A DNA stretch of 64,000 bases from assembly GCA_037441525.1 (NCBI GenBank), contig JBBISA010000011.1:11502-75501 (forward strand). The letters run 5' to 3'. Source of the stretch: Bacteroidota bacterium. Its GTDB lineage: Bacteria; Bacteroidota; Bacteroidia; Bacteroidales; UBA7960. Of this stretch, positions 59,612 through 64,000 are shown one piece after another; the stretch's first letter is position 1, and the number at the start of each line of letters is the position of its first letter. The notes beneath the pieces were generated by a model. It did not search any database. It had not been told where the DNA came from and saw nothing but the letters and a program-made list of their open reading frames with translations. Made by a program: the position numbers and the translations under genes.

Positions 59612-60527
59612 ATTGGGTATCTCTCCGGCAAGGGCAATCTGCTATTCGGGCTTCAGGCACGGACAAAACCCCGGCGGCGTTTATCCTTCATATAATGAAA
59701 TAAAGGAAGACCTTTTACTGATGCACGGGCATTGGAAATATTTAAGATTATTCGATTGCGACAAACATGCTGAAACTGTCCTGGAAGTAATCACCAGAGA
59801 AAAACTCGACTTTCGGGTCATGCTCAGCGCATACATTGTGGCCGAAATGAATAATTTCAATTGCCCCTGGAATGGTGGCATATACTCAGAAAAACAACTC
59901 GAAAAAAATCGCATCTACAATCAAAGCAGAATAAACAGGCTAATAGAAATGGCTAACCAACATTCTGACCTTATTTTTTCTCTTTCGGTAGGGAATGAAG
60001 CCTGCGTGGAATGGACCGACCACTATGTGCCGGAAAGCAAAGTGCTGGATTATGTAAAACAGGTAAAAAACGCCACAAACATGCCTGTTACCTTTTGCGA
60101 AAACTACGTGCCCTGGCTTACTAAGCTTGGCAAGCTTGCTGCTGAAGTAGATTTTATTTCTGTGCACACTTACCCGGTTTGGGAATACAAACATATTTCT
60201 GAAGCCCTTGATTATACCAAAGATAATTACTACTCAGTGGCAAAAAAATACCCCCACAAACCGGTAATCATTACTGAAGCCGGTTGGGCAACCCACTCCA
60301 ACGGAAGGGGCATTAATCCTGAAAATGTTAATGAAAGCTATCAGAAAACCTATTTCGAAATCCTGATGGAATGGGCTGAAAAAGAGAATATCCTCACCTT
60401 CTTTTTTGAAGCCTTTGATGAAAGCTGGAAGGGCTCATCCGAGCCCCTTGAGCCTGAGAAACACTGGGGATTGTTTCACATCGACAGAACCCCTAAATTA
60501 TCAGTAAAACATCTTCTTAAGCCCTAA
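59595..60527 (+). CDS. GH17 family glycosidase, no signal peptide
   Basis: AICYSGFR, SVGNE, HTYPVWE, ITEAGW, FEAFDE.WK..EKHWG; overlaps the preceding gene by 17 nt. Confidence 0.88.
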   Translation: MNTFLKLGISPARAICYSGFRHGQNPGGVYPSYNEIKEDLLLMHGHWKYLRLFDCDKHAETVLEVITREKLDFRVMLSAYIVAEMNNFNCPWNGGIYSEKQLEKNRIYNQSRINRLIEMANQHSDLIFSLSVGNEACVEWTDHYVPESKVLDYVKQVKNATNMPVTFCENYVPWLTKLGKLAAEVDFISVHTYPVWEYKHISEALDYTKDNYYSVAKKYPHKPVIITEAGWATHSNGRGINPENVNESYQKTYFEILMEWAEKENILTFFFEAFDESWKGSSEPLEPEKHWGLFHIDRTPKLSVKHLLKP

Positions 60528-60573
60528 ACCGGATTTGTGTTTCTGATATGATGAATTTTAAATTTTTTTTCAT

Positions 60574-60610
60574 AAAAAAAAGGTCGTCCACATTGCGACG
60601 CCTTTTTTTT
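60574..60610. terminator. Probable bidirectional terminator ending the glucan operon
   Basis: AAAAAAAAGG-t-CGTC-loop-GACG-CCTTTTTTTT. Confidence 0.65.
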
Positions 60611-60646
60611 CTACATTGCAGCCAAATAATTACCATCCACACTGTC

Positions 60647-63346
60647 ATGACTAAAAAAAGGCTGTCACTTTTCTTTTTGGCCCTTGTTTGCGGAATTATG
60701 CCTGGACTGCCAGAAAATCTCCCGGAAAGGGGCGTTCCATTGCTGCAAAACTTCGCCCCTTTGCACTACCACAACAAGGGAAAGGTGTGGCATATCGGGT
60801 CGGCACCCAATGGCATTATCTATTTTGCTGCCGATGGGGGCCTGCTCGAATACGATGGCAAAACCTGGAATAGCTTCAGAGGAAGTAACGGCATTACCCG
60901 CTCTGTGCTGGTGGTTAATGATTCGCTCATCTTTACTGGCTCCGACCTCGATTTTGGCCTTTGGAAAAGAAACCGGCACATGGGCTTCGATTACACATCG
61001 CTATATCCATTTCAGAAAGAGGGGCAGAACATTAGTGAAGAGTTCTGGCAAATACATCACATTCGCGAAGTGGTTTTTTTTGTTTCATCCAGAAGTATCT
61101 ATATCTATAAAAATGAGAAACTTATTAAAATTGCAACCCCCGACTTGTTTACTGGAAGCTACCAGGTAGGCGATGCCATTTACCTTACCGACGAGAACAA
61201 CAATCTTTACTTGCTCGAAGATTTTTCGCTAAAAAAGGTTAGCGAACTTAAGGGCTTGGGAAATACAGAAATAATCGGTATCAGCCTTACCAACAGCGGA
61301 TTGATGATTGTAACCCGCGACCTGGGGCTATATTTACTATCAGGCGAGAAACCAATAGCATGGATTACTGAACTCTCCCTGCTTCTGAAAACCGCAAAAG
61401 TATTCAGTTTTGAAAAGGTTGGCAACAACCATTTTGCTTTCGGGACTGTTCTCAAAGGACTGTATGTTGCCAACGGAAACGGACAAATCATCCACCATGT
61501 AAACAGGCAGAAAGGTTTGCCCGGCAATACAGTTCTTTCGTTGCATTATACCAGGGCAGGCAGGTTGTGGATGGGCATGGATTACGGTGTTTCATCGCTC
61601 GATATGAAAAATAATTTCACCACTTTTTACGATTACAGGGGCGATTTTGGTACAGGTTATTCAGCCCTGCTAAAAGAAGGTATTTTTTATCTGGGAACCA
61701 ATCAGGGGCTCTATCGATCCTATTGGCACGACTTAAAAAACAACAGGGAAATTTTCAGATTTGACCTTGTCCCTGAAACAGAGGGACAAGTATGGACATT
61801 GAAAAACATTAACAATACCATTTTGATGGGGCACGACAAGGGATTGTTTGTTGTTGCAGGGAACAAAGTGGAAAAAATTGGAAGCGAAGAAGGGGTATGG
61901 ACAATAACAACCTGGAAGGATTTTTTACTTACAGGCAATTACAATGGAATATCCATTTTTCGCAAATCATCTGGCCAATGGGTTTTCCTGAAAAAAATGG
62001 ACCTCATCCTTGGATCGTGCAACCAGCTTGTAATTGAAAATGAGAATATTTTATGGGTTAATATCCCAAATTTTGGCATTATCAGGGCGGTAATCAATGA
62101 AAACCTTTATCCTGAAGAAAGATTGATATTTACCGCTGATACTTTTGCCGGGAACCATATCTTTTTGATGCAGAACAAGGCAGGCATCCATATTTTAACT
62201 GACACTAATCAGTATATTTTCGATCAAGGTAAAAAACAATTTATACATCTTGCGAATCAGATTATCTTTCCCCGCGTTAATGGACAACTAGCCGGCGTTT
62301 ATCTGCCAGTTCCCTTAAACAGTGAATACGAATTCTATCCCATTTACAATGGGTTTGCACTAAACTACCTGGCAGGCAACAGTGAGTCAGTAACAGAAAA
62401 TTTTCCACTCACACTGAGAAAAATCATGGCTTTCAACAACCATGAGAAAATTCTATTATATCCCGGGGCAAAAATCCCCCGACATCTCAACAATATACAT
62501 ATTGAGTGGATCATTCCTAATCAGAACAATGTTAAATATCAGTTTAAATTGAACACCTGGGACGATTGGTCGCCGTTATCTGATGAAAATACCTTTGAAA
62601 TTTTAGGCCTTTCAATGGGAAATTATCAACTTTCTGCCCGGGCAATTACTAATAATTCAATTGTTGACCAACAGCAGATTAGCTTCCGGATTGCAGCTCC
62701 GTGGTATTTAACATTGGTCGCAATGCTTTTGTATGCCATAATTTTAGGATTAGGCCTGGCAGGCATTTACAGATGGCAAACCATCTCATTGAAAAAACAA
62801 AAAAAACAAATGCTGATAAAGCAGAAAAATTCCCTCAGACAACAAACCGAAAAGCACAGGCAGGAAATTATGCTTTTAGAACAGAAACGGTTGCAGACCG
62901 AATATGACCAGCTAAAAAAACAACTAAAAAGCAAAACCATAGAATTAGCTAATAAAGCCCGGGACAATGAAGAAAAAAACCGGTTATTGTTGACCCTGAA
63001 GGAAAAATGCGAAACTGCCCAGGAAAATCCCGCATTATTCGATACCAAATGGGCAGAAATGCAACGAATACTCGACTCATATCTTAAAAATGAAGATAAA
63101 ACCTTTGAAATACAAATGGACGAATTGCACCAGGAGTTCTTCACCAAACTTCGGGAGCAGTGCCCCGACCTGTCGCACAACGACCTGCGCATGTGCGCCT
63201 ACCTTAAAATTGGACTTAATTCAAAGGAGATAGCCGAGCTGCTAAACATTCAACCTTCGAGTTTCTACATAAGCCGGTCGCGACTGCGCAAAAAACTCAA
63301 CCTGAAAACCGAAGAAGACTTATTTAGCTATTTAAACAGAGTTTAG
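60647..63346 (+). CDS. Membrane-spanning one-component regulator (beta-propeller + Y_Y_Y + TM + LuxR HTH)
   Basis: Propeller repeats (LEYDGKTW, GLPGNTVLSL, YLGTNQGLY), YQFKLN..GNYQLSA, PWY + TM, DLRMCAYLKIGLNSKEIAELLNI..RSRLRKKL. Start placed at MTKKRL, after the terminator. Confidence 0.9.
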   Translation: MTKKRLSLFFLALVCGIMPGLPENLPERGVPLLQNFAPLHYHNKGKVWHIGSAPNGIIYFAADGGLLEYDGKTWNSFRGSNGITRSVLVVNDSLIFTGSDLDFGLWKRNRHMGFDYTSLYPFQKEGQNISEEFWQIHHIREVVFFVSSRSIYIYKNEKLIKIATPDLFTGSYQVGDAIYLTDENNNLYLLEDFSLKKVSELKGLGNTEIIGISLTNSGLMIVTRDLGLYLLSGEKPIAWITELSLLLKTAKVFSFEKVGNNHFAFGTVLKGLYVANGNGQIIHHVNRQKGLPGNTVLSLHYTRAGRLWMGMDYGVSSLDMKNNFTTFYDYRGDFGTGYSALLKEGIFYLGTNQGLYRSYWHDLKNNREIFRFDLVPETEGQVWTLKNINNTILMGHDKGLFVVAGNKVEKIGSEEGVWTITTWKDFLLTGNYNGISIFRKSSGQWVFLKKMDLILGSCNQLVIENENILWVNIPNFGIIRAVINENLYPEERLIFTADTFAGNHIFLMQNKAGIHILTDTNQYIFDQGKKQFIHLANQIIFPRVNGQLAGVYLPVPLNSEYEFYPIYNGFALNYLAGNSESVTENFPLTLRKIMAFNNHEKILLYPGAKIPRHLNNIHIEWIIPNQNNVKYQFKLNTWDDWSPLSDENTFEILGLSMGNYQLSARAITNNSIVDQQQISFRIAAPWYLTLVAMLLYAIILGLGLAGIYRWQTISLKKQKKQMLIKQKNSLRQQTEKHRQEIMLLEQKRLQTEYDQLKKQLKSKTIELANKARDNEEKNRLLLTLKEKCETAQENPALFDTKWAEMQRILDSYLKNEDKTFEIQMDELHQEFFTKLREQCPDLSHNDLRMCAYLKIGLNSKEIAELLNIQPSSFYISRSRLRKKLNLKTEEDLFSYLNRV

Positions 63347-63840
63347 GAAACTTCAGTAATTCATCGGTTTAACCGAAAGAGTAATCATGTTGGCAAATAA
63401 TTCAATTTCATATTTTATAGTGGGAAAGGTATATTATCAGATATCGATGCAACTGGTTTTTAGGGTCTAAAATTCAAAAGTTCCGGACAAAGATAACTTT
63501 AAGAAAGACCCCCGCTAATCATCAATGAAATCTTCAAAACGAGAAACATAAACCCGTAGCCATTAATTCGGTTGCGAATCCTATTCTTTTATACTTTGAA
63601 ATGTACCCTTGCCATATTCGCCAGCATTGGGGGGGGTGATATTAAATCGGGTAAATCGACTTTTATTAACAATATAAGCTATCCAAAACCACATTTCATT
63701 GGCAATAGGGTTGTAGATATTCAAAAAAAAATTGTGTTTGAATAAAATAATATTGTTTGATTTGTTCAGATACTATTGATAATTTTCTTACATTTATTTG
63801 CTCAGGAACAGAATATTAAAGTGTTGTGGGAGGCGTTTCG

Positions 63841-64000
63841 ATGACTGATTTATCTGCACCGGATAAATAATTTATTGAAAGGCTTCAAGGTATTGTGTAT
63901 GCTCATTTAGCTGAGTCAGAATTCGGTGTTTCTGAACTTGCTTCCAGCGTTGGAGTGAGCAGGTCAAACCTTCACCGTAAGGTAAAAGAAATAACAGGCA
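63841..64000 (+). pseudogene. 5' end of an AraC-HTH protein gene with an in-frame stop at codon 10 (runs off window)
   Basis: MTDLSAPDK*FIERLQGIVYAHLAESEFGVSELASSVGVSRSNLHRKVKEITG; TAA at 63868-63870. Confidence 0.7.

Noticed and set aside
63347-63840. Possible gene remnant, and a G8 tract near 63629-63636 as a phase-variation site
   Set aside because: No recognisable reading frame and no evident link to a promoter or CDS.
1-64000. CRISPR arrays, tRNA/rRNA, transposases, integrases, prophage or defence genes
   Set aside because: No regularly spaced repeat arrays, cloverleaf signatures or matching protein motifs were seen by eye.

Overview
Gene-dense chromosomal window from a Bacteroidota bacterium, probably an anaerobic Bacteroidales-like lineage. 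This is inferred from type IX secretion (T9SS) C-terminal domains, TAnnTTTG promoters and a YYY-LuxR regulator. From left to right the window holds: (1) a partial htpG that the ORF track missed, a clan GH-A hydrolase and tkt; (2) a 17-kb block of T9SS-secreted glycan proteins (non-catalytic multi-CBM protein, CotH kinase, GH10, GH5, GH16) with an SGNH-TPR gene, followed by an SSS transporter and a sugar-kinase-like gene; (3) an AT-richer molybdate uptake operon containing an in-frame modE/porin deletion chimera; (4) an orphan PAS histidine kinase and a BASS transporter; (5) a TonB receptor/hypothetical/metallophosphoesterase cluster behind five 11-bp-phased boxes; (6) a 20-kb beta-1,3-glucan (laminarin-type) locus with a GH149-like phosphorylase, 2 MFS, 3 GH17, GH16, GH30, a surface lipoprotein and a YYY-LuxR regulator. 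The window ends in an AraC-type gene with an in-frame stop. The best novelty candidate is the beta-glucan locus: it has no susC/susD pair and instead encodes a 1044-aa glycosidase fused to an apparent outer-membrane beta-barrel. Three small intergenic repeat families were seen. No rRNA, tRNA, CRISPR array or transposase was recognised. All family assignments come from motif recognition by eye, not from database searches.
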